Virus record (IMG/VR): IMGVR_UViG_3300028372_000005
Span: 359-64,358 of that record
Length of the DNA: 64,000 nt
Origin: a virus
Lineage: Duplodnaviria; Caudoviricetes
Reading direction: 5' to 3' (one strand)
How positions within the stretch are numbered: the first letter of the stretch is position 1; each line of letters starts with the position of its first letter. Shown one piece after another: positions 41,201-49,727 of this stretch. A program made the position numbers and the translations under genes. The notes beneath the pieces are model-generated. The model did not search any database and was not told where the DNA came from. It saw only the letters and a program-made list of their open reading frames with translations.

Positions 41201-42217
41201 ATGAAGACCTGGAAGTTTGAAAAACGAGCCGGCTTGATCCTCGACCAGCAAGACGACCCGGGCGCCGGATTTCAGCTCAAGATTGCTTCCTTCTGGCCAG
41301 GCGACCTCGAGCGCCCCTCTTTTGGCACCGATGCCGAGTCGCGCCACTGCGTGGCCCACCTGTCAGACGGGCACGCCAAGATCGCACGTTACCCGATCGA
41401 CACCCCGACCAACGCGCTCGCCAGCGCGATGTATTTTGTCGCCTACGGCCAGGACTCCATCGAGAAGCAGGCGCACGTACCCATCGCAAAAGGCATCAAA
41501 AATGCGCTGGTGGTCCACGACCTGACCCTCCCGGATGGGTTTTCTGCGCATATCAAAGAGGCGTCACAGTCCACACCCGACGAGGCTTTTGCCGATGACC
41601 GGGGCGACCTGCCGGTGACGACACCGGCACAGTGCACGGAGTCGGTGGCGGTGTTCGATAAGTACGCGTCTGCGTACGCCGCCGACGATCGCATGGTGGT
41701 CGCCCGAAAGCTCCAGTTTGCCGCCGACCGGCATGGGCTGGACGTCGATCTTCCCTACGCATCCGAGCGCCTGTCGAAAACGGCGTCGGAGGCGATCGAT
41801 CGGCGCATCGAGGTGATGAGACCGCTGGAAAACCACCCCGGCCGCGCCAAGTACCTCCAGGAGATGACCAAGCTTCGCACACGTCTGTCCAAAATGAGCG
41901 ATTATCGCTCGCTGGTTAAAACTGCCGCCGACCTCGAGATGGCCGACCGAGATGCCAACATGCACACCCAGTGGGGCGGCTGGTTCCCCGACCCGGTCGA
42001 TTCGCTGCTGGTGCCGATGTACGAGGGCGATGTGTTCGACCAGTTCGACAAACAAGCGACAATCGACTGGAGCAAGGTCGATTTTGAGGGGCTTAAAGGC
42101 ACGTTCGACGACGGCGTCATCGAGAAAATCGCTTCGGACCCGGAGACCATCGTCCCGAGTCTGCCTCATGCTGAACAAAACATCATCACACAATACGCCC
42201 AAGAGCAGATGTCATGA
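41201..42217 (+). CDS. probable virion/head protein rich in K-x-A motifs
   Basis: Lies upstream of the portal; about 10 K-x-A motifs (EKRA, KIAS, EKQA, KEAS, KYAS, KTAS, VKTAA, DKQA, EKIAS). Confidence 0.6.
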   Translation: MKTWKFEKRAGLILDQQDDPGAGFQLKIASFWPGDLERPSFGTDAESRHCVAHLSDGHAKIARYPIDTPTNALASAMYFVAYGQDSIEKQAHVPIAKGIKNALVVHDLTLPDGFSAHIKEASQSTPDEAFADDRGDLPVTTPAQCTESVAVFDKYASAYAADDRMVVARKLQFAADRHGLDVDLPYASERLSKTASEAIDRRIEVMRPLENHPGRAKYLQEMTKLRTRLSKMSDYRSLVKTAADLEMADRDANMHTQWGGWFPDPVDSLLVPMYEGDVFDQFDKQATIDWSKVDFEGLKGTFDDGVIEKIASDPETIVPSLPHAEQNIITQYAQEQMS

Positions 42218-43380
42218 CTGATTACAAACCCGACCCATCTCAAGCAACCGTCGGCCCCTTCGCCGGCGGCGCCCACAACTGGGATATGGCCTACGACGAC
42301 CCGCATTTGCCCCGCGGGGTCGTCGGCGGGGACTTTGACGACCAAGAACCCATTGCTAGTGCAGACGGCCCAAGCGACTTCGGCAAGGAGGCCGACTACG
42401 GTAGCATGCACGTCGACGATGGCCCGCCGGGCGACTACAGCCCGAGCCGGTCGGTGCCGGACATGGAGGAGGGGCATGTCATTCCCGACCGCCCCACCGA
42501 CATCAATATCCATTCGGCGCCCGATACCGAGTCGATGATCGCCGATCGCGTCCAGCAGCTCGCCCGCGGCGGTGAGGTGCAGGTCAACCAGGACGAGGGC
42601 GAGATCGTCCGCGAGGAGGCCAAAAAAACCCAGGCCGAGCACGAGGCGTTCAAATCAAGCCCCACCCAGGTGTGGGTCGACCGCGACGAGCTCGAGCAAA
42701 AAGGACACAACGCCTCGTCGCACACTATCGACAGCTATGCCAAATCGATGCCCAAGTCGGCCAGCGACGCTATCGAGTCGCTAGTCAACGAGGAGATCAA
42801 TCCCATCGACGTGATGGTGGTTCTGACCCAGCGCTTCGGCCCTGAGTGGTACGACTGGGAGTACGAGACGATTCTGGAGGAGTGCCACCGCGCCGGCGCC
42901 GACGTGCCGGGCATCAACCAGAGCAAAATAGGCGCGCTCAAGGTGCTCAAAAACACCGAGAAATTCTGGAGTGCGCCCAAGGTCTTCGAGAAGGTGTGTT
43001 TGTCATTCGCCAGCAGAGTGGTCGATTTTTTCAGCATCCAAGAGCCCAGGATGCACGAAATCGCGGCGACAATTGCGCTGGTGGATCGCTACCTCGCCGA
43101 GAACGACTTCAGCGACGCGGTCAAAAATTACGTCGCCGCCGCGGCAGTTCGCGACGGGTTCATTCTGCTGCCGCCGTCGCTGCAGTTTGCGAACCTTGCC
43201 TTTTCCCGTCAGCTCGTCTCCACGATGGGCGATGAGGCGATGGACCGCCAGTCACGACTGATGAGCGCACTCGAGGACGAAGACCCCGAGGCACTCACCC
43301 CGGAAGACGTCATCCAATACATGCGCATGACGCGTTGTGAGCAACATGTGCACTCAAAAATCAACGAACTTCGTAGGTAA
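42214..43380 (+). CDS. probable virion morphogenesis protein
   Basis: 388-aa coupled ORF directly upstream of the portal; acidic N-terminus, KEAD and KSAS motifs. Confidence 0.55.
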   Translation: MTDYKPDPSQATVGPFAGGAHNWDMAYDDPHLPRGVVGGDFDDQEPIASADGPSDFGKEADYGSMHVDDGPPGDYSPSRSVPDMEEGHVIPDRPTDINIHSAPDTESMIADRVQQLARGGEVQVNQDEGEIVREEAKKTQAEHEAFKSSPTQVWVDRDELEQKGHNASSHTIDSYAKSMPKSASDAIESLVNEEINPIDVMVVLTQRFGPEWYDWEYETILEECHRAGADVPGINQSKIGALKVLKNTEKFWSAPKVFEKVCLSFASRVVDFFSIQEPRMHEIAATIALVDRYLAENDFSDAVKNYVAAAAVRDGFILLPPSLQFANLAFSRQLVSTMGDEAMDRQSRLMSALEDEDPEALTPEDVIQYMRMTRCEQHVHSKINELRR

Positions 43381-43382
43381 TC

Positions 43383-45623
43383 ATGGCGAACGCGCTCAGC
43401 CCAATGTCGCTCGGCCGGACCGAGTATCCAGATCCGTTTCTGGACGTCGCTTCGACGAAACTGCCGAAGTCTCGCCAGAAGCTTCTGGAGATGTGCTTTT
43501 TATTCGCGACCACCCACCCTCAGATTTCCCCGATCGTCAAAAAGCTGGCGAAGTACCCGATCACGCGCGTCATCGTCAACACCGAGAACAGCCAGGATTC
43601 GCTTCGAGAGAAGTGGGAGGATGCGCTCGAAAAAGAGCTCAACATCTACGAGGCGAGCGAGTCGGTGGGGCTCGATTTTTTCGGGTACGGCAACTGCTTT
43701 GTGACCATCCACAAGCCGTTCAAGCGGTTCTATACATGCAAGGCGTGCGAGTACCCGAACCGGGCCGGCACGTTCATGTACCACCTCAAGCGCGATCAGA
43801 TTCACGGCACCTGCCCCAAATGCAAGGCTGAGTCGACTTTTGAGCCGCGCGACGACAACGTCGCAAAGCTCGAGGAAATCTCAGTGGTTCGCCTGCAGCC
43901 TCAGAAGATGCGCATCGAGCGCAACGACCTGACTGGTCAGAAGTGGTTTTTTTACGACCCGTCGCACGCGCTCAAGCGCGCCGTTAAGGGGGCAAAGCCC
44001 AACCGCGACCTCATCGACACGACGCCCTGGCACTATGTCGAAGCAGCGATCAAGGGCAAGCGCATCAAATTCAAGCCCGGCCAGGTGCTCCATCTGTCGG
44101 AGCCATCCCTGTCCGGCCGCGGCATGGCGTGGGGCAACCCCATTATTATGGCCGCTCTCAAGGACGCCTATCTCAACCAGGTATACAAAAAGGCCGACGA
44201 GTCACTCGCCAACGAGCGCTCCATTCCGGCGCGCTTCGTCTTTCCGCAGGCAACAAGCCAGGACCCGCTTCGCACCATCTCACTGGCCAGATTCTCAGGC
44301 TTTTTACAGAATTCGCTCCAGCAGTGGCGACGCGACAAAAACGCGGTCATGCCCGCCCCCTTCCCGGTGGGCGTGGCCGAGGTGGGTGGTGATTCAAACC
44401 GCTTCACCACCGCGCAGCTTCGCGAGCTCGCCATCAAAGAGATTATTGGATCTACCGGCGTCCCCGAGGGCTTTTTGGCCGACGGCATGACCTGGTCGGG
44501 CGGGTCGGTGCAGCTTCGGATGCTCGAGAACATGCTCATGTCGTATCTGCGGGCGCTCAATCGCCTGGTGTGGTTTGTGGTCGACCATACCTCGAGCATT
44601 ATGGGGTGGCCAAAGGTCAAGTGCGAGTACAAGCCGTTCAGGATGGCCGACGACGTCCAGATGCTCCAGATCCTCATCCAGCTCGGCCAGATGAAGGTCG
44701 TCAGCTGGAAAGAGGTGCTCGACCGGATGGATCTGACCTGGGACGACCAGCACAACCAGGTCAAAGACGAGACCGACAAGATGCAGGAAGTCCACATTCA
44801 GGAGCAGATGCTCAACGCTCGCGCGGCGCTGCAGGCCGCCGACATCCAGACCGAGACGCAGATGCGCGGCGAGGCCTGGGGAGCTTTGTCCCAGGAGATG
44901 TTCCAGGACGATAGCGCGATGGTCTCGCACTTCAAAGGCGAAGGCGACTACCGGCAGCTCGACGAGCAGCAGGAGGCCGAGGCCGAGCAAGAGCAGCAGG
45001 CGCAGTCCGAGATGGAGCAGCGCCAGCAGCAGACCGAGATGCGCCTCGACGACGCCAAGGCGCAGAAATACCAGGCCGAGGCCGAACAAAAAGGCGTCCA
45101 CGCCGACATGGCGGCCGACTCGCTCGAGCAAAAAGTACCCCAGGTCGTTCAAGCGTACGTCGACGATCTGATGCAGATGCCGCCCAAAGAGCGTGGCAGT
45201 GAGCTCGAGATGCTCGCCCAGCAATCGCCCAGGCTCGCCCAGGCCGTCGAAGAGAGGCTCGCCGAGATGGAGCAGCGCCACGAAGCGCAGACCGAACGGC
45301 CGATGCAGCGCGAGAAGGAAGAGGGCGCCGAGCAGGCGCAGCAGCAACAACAGGAGGAGATGGAGCCTCAGCCGCAGACGCCGTCCGAGTTCGACACGTA
45401 TTTGAGGAATGAATCGAAAAATGCCAAGGAGTACGCCGAGAAGCTCCAGATGTTGCCTCGAGGCATTCGACTCCCGGTCTTTGATTATGTGCGAAAAACA
45501 GACCCGGAATTTTCGGTTCTGATCACCCAACACTTGGGGCTTGTCGGTGGGCGCGAGGCGCCGTCGACAGGATCGGTCGATATGCGGCCGATGCCCCAAC
45601 AAAAACCACCCCGACGAGGATAA
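43383..45623 (+). CDS. probable portal protein with Zn-finger insertion and Gln-rich C-terminal tail
   Basis: YPDPFLD, DFFGYGNCF, VLHL..P..SG..WGNP, TGVPEGFL..G.TWSGGSVQLRMLEN; CKAC/CPKC; position near the terminase. Confidence 0.7.
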   Translation: MANALSPMSLGRTEYPDPFLDVASTKLPKSRQKLLEMCFLFATTHPQISPIVKKLAKYPITRVIVNTENSQDSLREKWEDALEKELNIYEASESVGLDFFGYGNCFVTIHKPFKRFYTCKACEYPNRAGTFMYHLKRDQIHGTCPKCKAESTFEPRDDNVAKLEEISVVRLQPQKMRIERNDLTGQKWFFYDPSHALKRAVKGAKPNRDLIDTTPWHYVEAAIKGKRIKFKPGQVLHLSEPSLSGRGMAWGNPIIMAALKDAYLNQVYKKADESLANERSIPARFVFPQATSQDPLRTISLARFSGFLQNSLQQWRRDKNAVMPAPFPVGVAEVGGDSNRFTTAQLRELAIKEIIGSTGVPEGFLADGMTWSGGSVQLRMLENMLMSYLRALNRLVWFVVDHTSSIMGWPKVKCEYKPFRMADDVQMLQILIQLGQMKVVSWKEVLDRMDLTWDDQHNQVKDETDKMQEVHIQEQMLNARAALQAADIQTETQMRGEAWGALSQEMFQDDSAMVSHFKGEGDYRQLDEQQEAEAEQEQQAQSEMEQRQQQTEMRLDDAKAQKYQAEAEQKGVHADMAADSLEQKVPQVVQAYVDDLMQMPPKERGSELEMLAQQSPRLAQAVEERLAEMEQRHEAQTERPMQREKEEGAEQAQQQQQEEMEPQPQTPSEFDTYLRNESKNAKEYAEKLQMLPRGIRLPVFDYVRKTDPEFSVLITQHLGLVGGREAPSTGSVDMRPMPQQKPPRRG

Positions 45624-45626
45624 GCG

Positions 45627-45953
45627 ATGGACGGATTTTCACAGGGAAAGGCGAGCCCAATGGGCGACCCCATGGCCAAGATGCTTCAGGGCATGGGCGG
45701 CATGCAGGACTGGATGGAGGGCGATATCGAGGTGCACGTCGACACCTTCGAGATCGACGTGCGTCGCAAAGACGATCCTGACATTGAGCGATACCGCGCG
45801 CTCATTCAAGAAATCACCGCTTCAGACACCAAGCTCGTCGATGACGAGACGAAGAGCTGGCTGAAGTCGACATTATTTGTGGTTTTGCGCTGGATTGAGA
45901 AGATAGAGACCGCCCCGACTGACGACAAAGACGTCGATGACCTGGAGTTTTGA
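45627..45953 (+). CDS. hypothetical protein
   Basis: GAGGA RBS, coupled within the operon. Confidence 0.6.
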   Translation: MDGFSQGKASPMGDPMAKMLQGMGGMQDWMEGDIEVHVDTFEIDVRRKDDPDIERYRALIQEITASDTKLVDDETKSWLKSTLFVVLRWIEKIETAPTDDKDVDDLEF

Positions 45954-45954
45954 G

Positions 45955-46317
45955 ATGCAAGGACTGATAAAGACCGCAGATGCGACCAAGCCGGCCACGC
46001 CGAGCAACCCGCATGTATCAGGGCCCAAGAATGCCCCGAAGAGCTCGACGGTGAGCAATTCGGCCAAACCTACAGGGAAAGTGAAGGGCCTGAACAACCG
46101 CAAAATCTCATCTCCGAAATCCAGCACGTCGACCAAGGCGAAGAATTTCGCCCACAACACCAAAAACCGCGCCAACAAAGTGGTAGGCGCGGTCGGCAAG
46201 AAGTGGAGCGGCCTGGGCACGAAGAGCAAGATTGGCGTTGCCGGTACCGCCGCAGTCGGCGCGGCCGGACTCGGCGCGCTCGCAGGAAAGCTTACTGATG
46301 ACGACAAGGACGACTGA
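45955..46317 (+). CDS. leader-family protein (MQGLIKTA), basic with C-terminal Gly/Ala hydrophobic helix
   Basis: ATG at 45955 after GGAG; IGVAGTAAVGAAGLGALAG. Confidence 0.75.
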   Translation: MQGLIKTADATKPATPSNPHVSGPKNAPKSSTVSNSAKPTGKVKGLNNRKISSPKSSTSTKAKNFAHNTKNRANKVVGAVGKKWSGLGTKSKIGVAGTAAVGAAGLGALAGKLTDDDKDD

Positions 46318-46685
46318 TGAAAGGCCTGATGAAATGCGCCGAAGCGAGCTGGATGCACGCCACGTTCGATTCGCCGATCCCCAAAAACCGCGATGAGCGC
46401 ATCGACCACAACATCCCGTCGGTCATAGGCGCTGGAATTGGCGGTCTTGCGGGTGCGGGTCTCGGAGCGCTCGCGGGCCGAAAGGGGTATGCCGACAGCG
46501 CCGGCAAAGCTGTGCTTATAGGCGGCTCGACCGGCGCCGCCCTGGGCGCGACGGCGGGCCACATCTTCGGCAACAAGAAAATCCTCGACCGCCGAGACGC
46601 CGAAGGCCGGCCGTCGACGAGCGCCGAAGAAGACGAGCAGAAATTCAAGGACTGGTCGGGGCGTGAATACGGGAAGGTGGGCTAA
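46317..46685 (+). CDS. leader-family glycine-zipper protein (MKGLMKCA)
   Basis: IGAGIGGLAGAGLGALAG and IGGSTGAALGATAG. Confidence 0.75.
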   Translation: MKGLMKCAEASWMHATFDSPIPKNRDERIDHNIPSVIGAGIGGLAGAGLGALAGRKGYADSAGKAVLIGGSTGAALGATAGHIFGNKKILDRRDAEGRPSTSAEEDEQKFKDWSGREYGKVG

Positions 46686-46984
46686 TGCAGGGACTACTGA
46701 AGACAGCTGGGCAGGGTGAAGAATCGTTCTGGGATCGCCACGGCGACAAGGTGCTCTACGGGGGCGCCATCCTCGGTGCCGGCGCAGGACTTGGTGCGCT
46801 CGCGCACAACAGTATGAAGAATGAGGCGGTCCACAATGCCAAGAGGAAGCGCAACATCTCCGACCTCGAGGCGGACACGAAGGCGCTCGAGCAAAACACA
46901 TCCAAGCGCACGGACCCTCGGCGTCTTTCGACTCCAGAAGGGTTTGATCAATTCATGGCAAGCGACGAGACATTCATCCTATGA
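46685..46984 (+). CDS. leader-family glycine-zipper protein (MQGLLKTA)
   Basis: FWDRHGDKVLYGGAILGAGAGLGAL. Confidence 0.75.
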   Translation: MQGLLKTAGQGEESFWDRHGDKVLYGGAILGAGAGLGALAHNSMKNEAVHNAKRKRNISDLEADTKALEQNTSKRTDPRRLSTPEGFDQFMASDETFIL

Positions 46985-48459
46985 TTGGCCTCCTCAAAAC
47001 CGCCTCCATCACCAACCCCGCGGGTCTCAACGACGACGTGAAGCTGCAGCCGCACCAGGCGGACGCGGTGCGGCACTCTCGCGGCAAGCCCGGCGTGATT
47101 CTGAATCACGGCCTGGGAAGCGGCAAGACCCTGAGTTCGCTCGCGATCGCCGAGGACCGAGGCGGCCGAACGCTCGCGGTCACCCCCGCCTCGCTCGAGC
47201 AGAACTACAACAAAGAAATCCAGAAATTCGTCAAGCCCGACCGCCACGACTCCTACAAGACGGTCAGCTACGCAAAATTTCGCAAAGACCCGATGAAGTA
47301 CGTGCGCGAGCACAAACCCGACACGCTCATCACCGACGAGATGCATCGGCTTCGAAACCCCACTCAGGCCCAAAAAGCGATCCAGTCGGTCCGGCCGCAC
47401 GTCAAACACCACGTCGGCATGACCGCGTCGCTGGTGAACAACCACCCATCTGAGGTTGCAGGGCTGGTGAACACGGTCTCCGGGCAGCATGTGATGAGTC
47501 AGGAGGATTTCAATCGCAAGCATATCGGCACCAAGAAGAAGGGGCCGGGGCTTTGGGGTTGGCTTAAGGGCATCAAGCCCGGTGAAGAGGAAAGCATCCG
47601 AGACCCCGAGGGTCTCAACAAAGCGCTTGGTCCCTACATCCACCGCTTCTCAGGCGACCCGGAGTACCAGAAGAACCTGCCGAAGGTCGAGATGGAGAAC
47701 GTCGATGTCGAGATGGGCGACAAGCAGCAAGATCTGATGAAGGCGCTCGGCAAGTCCAATCCGAGCATGGACTACAAGCTTCGCAACAACCTGCCGCCGT
47801 CCAAACAAGAGAAGAAAAACCTCAACTCGTTTCTCACGGCGATGCGCCAGACCGCCAACTCTCCGGCGCCCTACGACAAGACCGTCAAAGACCCGATGGA
47901 GCACTCCCCGAAGATGCGCCGGATGGTCGAGGATATGCAGGGCGCGGCCAAAGACGACCCGAACTTTCGGGGGGTGATGTACTCGAACTACCTCGACGGT
48001 GGCATCAACCCGGTCTCGGAGGCGATGAAGGACGATAAGATGCTCCGGTCGGGCGTCTATCAGGGCTCACTCACTCAGAAGAAGCGCAAAGAACTCCTCG
48101 ACCAGTTCGAAAAGGGCGATGTCAACGTGCTCGGACTCAGCCCGGCCGGCGCCGAAGGCATCGATCTCAAGGGCGTGAAGCAGATGCAGGTCATGGAGCC
48201 GGACTTCAACCCCGAGACCACTGAGCAGGCCATGGGGCGTACGGCGCGCTACAAATCCCACCATCATTTGCCGGAAGACGAGCGCAAGGTTAACATCAAA
48301 AAATACCGCTCGGTGTACCCCAAAAAGTGGCACCACCGCTTCGTCGACCGCGACACATCCGTCGACGAGTATATCGATCAGATGTCGAAGGACAAAAAGC
48401 GGCTCAACGACGAATTCTACACTGCGCTCAACGCGTATACGCCTGAGGATGCGACATGA
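46981..48459 (+). CDS. SNF2-like SF2 helicase carrying the leader (MIGLLKTA)
   Basis: LQPHQ, HGLGSGKT, TDEMHRLRN, MTAS, SPAGAEGIDLKG, QAMGRTARY. Confidence 0.88.
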   Translation: MIGLLKTASITNPAGLNDDVKLQPHQADAVRHSRGKPGVILNHGLGSGKTLSSLAIAEDRGGRTLAVTPASLEQNYNKEIQKFVKPDRHDSYKTVSYAKFRKDPMKYVREHKPDTLITDEMHRLRNPTQAQKAIQSVRPHVKHHVGMTASLVNNHPSEVAGLVNTVSGQHVMSQEDFNRKHIGTKKKGPGLWGWLKGIKPGEEESIRDPEGLNKALGPYIHRFSGDPEYQKNLPKVEMENVDVEMGDKQQDLMKALGKSNPSMDYKLRNNLPPSKQEKKNLNSFLTAMRQTANSPAPYDKTVKDPMEHSPKMRRMVEDMQGAAKDDPNFRGVMYSNYLDGGINPVSEAMKDDKMLRSGVYQGSLTQKKRKELLDQFEKGDVNVLGLSPAGAEGIDLKGVKQMQVMEPDFNPETTEQAMGRTARYKSHHHLPEDERKVNIKKYRSVYPKKWHHRFVDRDTSVDEYIDQMSKDKKRLNDEFYTALNAYTPEDAT

Positions 48460-48848
48460 ATGGTTTGATGAAAGTAGCAGAGATCAATAGCGAAAGAACT
48501 TTCGACGATATGAAGAACCAGATGGCCGGCGATGCTGCAATAACTGGCACACGAGGTGCGATTATCGGGGCGTCTTTGGGGCCTATGGGCGCCTTGGGTG
48601 GTGGCGTTCTGGGTGCTGGAGCGGGTGTACTCGGGGGGGCTATGAGAGGTGGTGCTGGAACCTTGATTCATCAAATTGGTGATGGCGGCGATAGTGAAAA
48701 AAGCCTGGCGAGAAGCGCCGGGACTGGCGCCATTGGTGGTGCAGCCTTTGGGGCGGTCGGCGGCGGGCTTCCTGGGGCTGCTATAGGCGCCGGGCTTGGT
48801 GCCGCAGGTGGGGCGCTTGGTAATTACCTTCGAAGTGACGACGAGTAA
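48456..48848 (+). CDS. leader-family glycine-zipper protein, copy 1 (MNGLMKVA)
   Basis: Multiple GxxxG runs; AT-richer codon usage. Confidence 0.75.
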   Translation: MNGLMKVAEINSERTFDDMKNQMAGDAAITGTRGAIIGASLGPMGALGGGVLGAGAGVLGGAMRGGAGTLIHQIGDGGDSEKSLARSAGTGAIGGAAFGAVGGGLPGAAIGAGLGAAGGALGNYLRSDDE

Positions 48849-48880
48849 GATAACTGGTTTGTGAATAAAAAGGATACGGC

Positions 48881-49273
48881 ATGAATGGTTTGATGAAAGT
48901 GGCAGAGATCAATAGCGAAAGAACTTTCGACGATATGAAGAACCAGATGGCCGGCGATGCTGCAATAACTGGCACACGAGGTGCGATTATCGGGGCGTCT
49001 TTGGGGCCTATGGGCGCCTTGGGTGGTGGCGTTCTGGGTGCTGGAGCGGGTGTACTCGGGGGGGCTATGAGAGGTGGTGCTGGAACCTTGATTCATCAAA
49101 TTGGTGATGGCGGCGATAGTGAAAAAAGCCTGGCGAGAAGCGCCGGGACTGGCGCCATTGGTGGTGCAGCCTTTGGGGCGGTCGGCGGCGGGCTTCCTGG
49201 GGCTGCTATAGGCGCCGGGCTTGGTGCCGCAGGTGGGGCGCTTGGTAATTACCTTCGAAGTGACGACGAGTAA
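48881..49273 (+). CDS. leader-family glycine-zipper protein, copy 2 (identical protein)
   Basis: Same 130-aa translation as 48456..48848. Confidence 0.75.
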   Translation: MNGLMKVAEINSERTFDDMKNQMAGDAAITGTRGAIIGASLGPMGALGGGVLGAGAGVLGGAMRGGAGTLIHQIGDGGDSEKSLARSAGTGAIGGAAFGAVGGGLPGAAIGAGLGAAGGALGNYLRSDDE

Positions 49274-49305
49274 GATAACTGGTTTGTGAATAAAAAGGAT
49301 ACGGC

Positions 49306-49659
49306 ATGAATGGTTTGATGAAAGTGGCATCGATGGGTAAGTCCGCAAAGAACAAATGGCAGAAAATGTGGGGAGGGCTCAAGTCTGAGTCAAAATCCCG
49401 CATCATGTCTGGCAGCCGAAATAGTCCCGCCAATGCCCCGTATGGCAACAATATGGTGTTCCCCAAAAATAGAAATAGCACCCCGCCTGAGAGGAAGCGT
49501 GTAGCTGGAAGATCAAGCAAAAAGCCAGCTGGGCACAATAGGCTTTCGGATCATTTAGCTGAGAGAGCAAAATGGAAGAGTATATTAAAGTCTAGAATCA
49601 AATCAGAGCGGAAGTACGAGCGTAACGGCAAGCGAGTAAAGCCCAACCTACCCAAGTAG
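49306..49659 (+). CDS. leader-family highly basic protein (MNGLMKVA)
   Basis: Leader; Lys/Arg-rich; AAGGA RBS. Confidence 0.72.
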   Translation: MNGLMKVASMGKSAKNKWQKMWGGLKSESKSRIMSGSRNSPANAPYGNNMVFPKNRNSTPPERKRVAGRSSKKPAGHNRLSDHLAERAKWKSILKSRIKSERKYERNGKRVKPNLPK

Positions 49660-49727
49660 CAAAAACCTGAAATCCCCGCGATCTTCGATACACTGATGGC
49701 CGACTCTTATTTCTGAGGAGGCCATCG

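Larger units (their letters stand above)
48456..49329 (+). repeat. 425-bp tandem duplication (two full units plus the 24-bp leader of a third gene)
   Basis: ATGs at 48456, 48881 and 49306 are exactly 425 bp apart; units appear identical except GTA/GTG in codon 7. Confidence 0.92.

Noticed and set aside
45627-45953. MDGFSQGKA as a member of the leader family
   Set aside because: Matches only M-x-G; lacks L-[LMI]-K-x-A spacing
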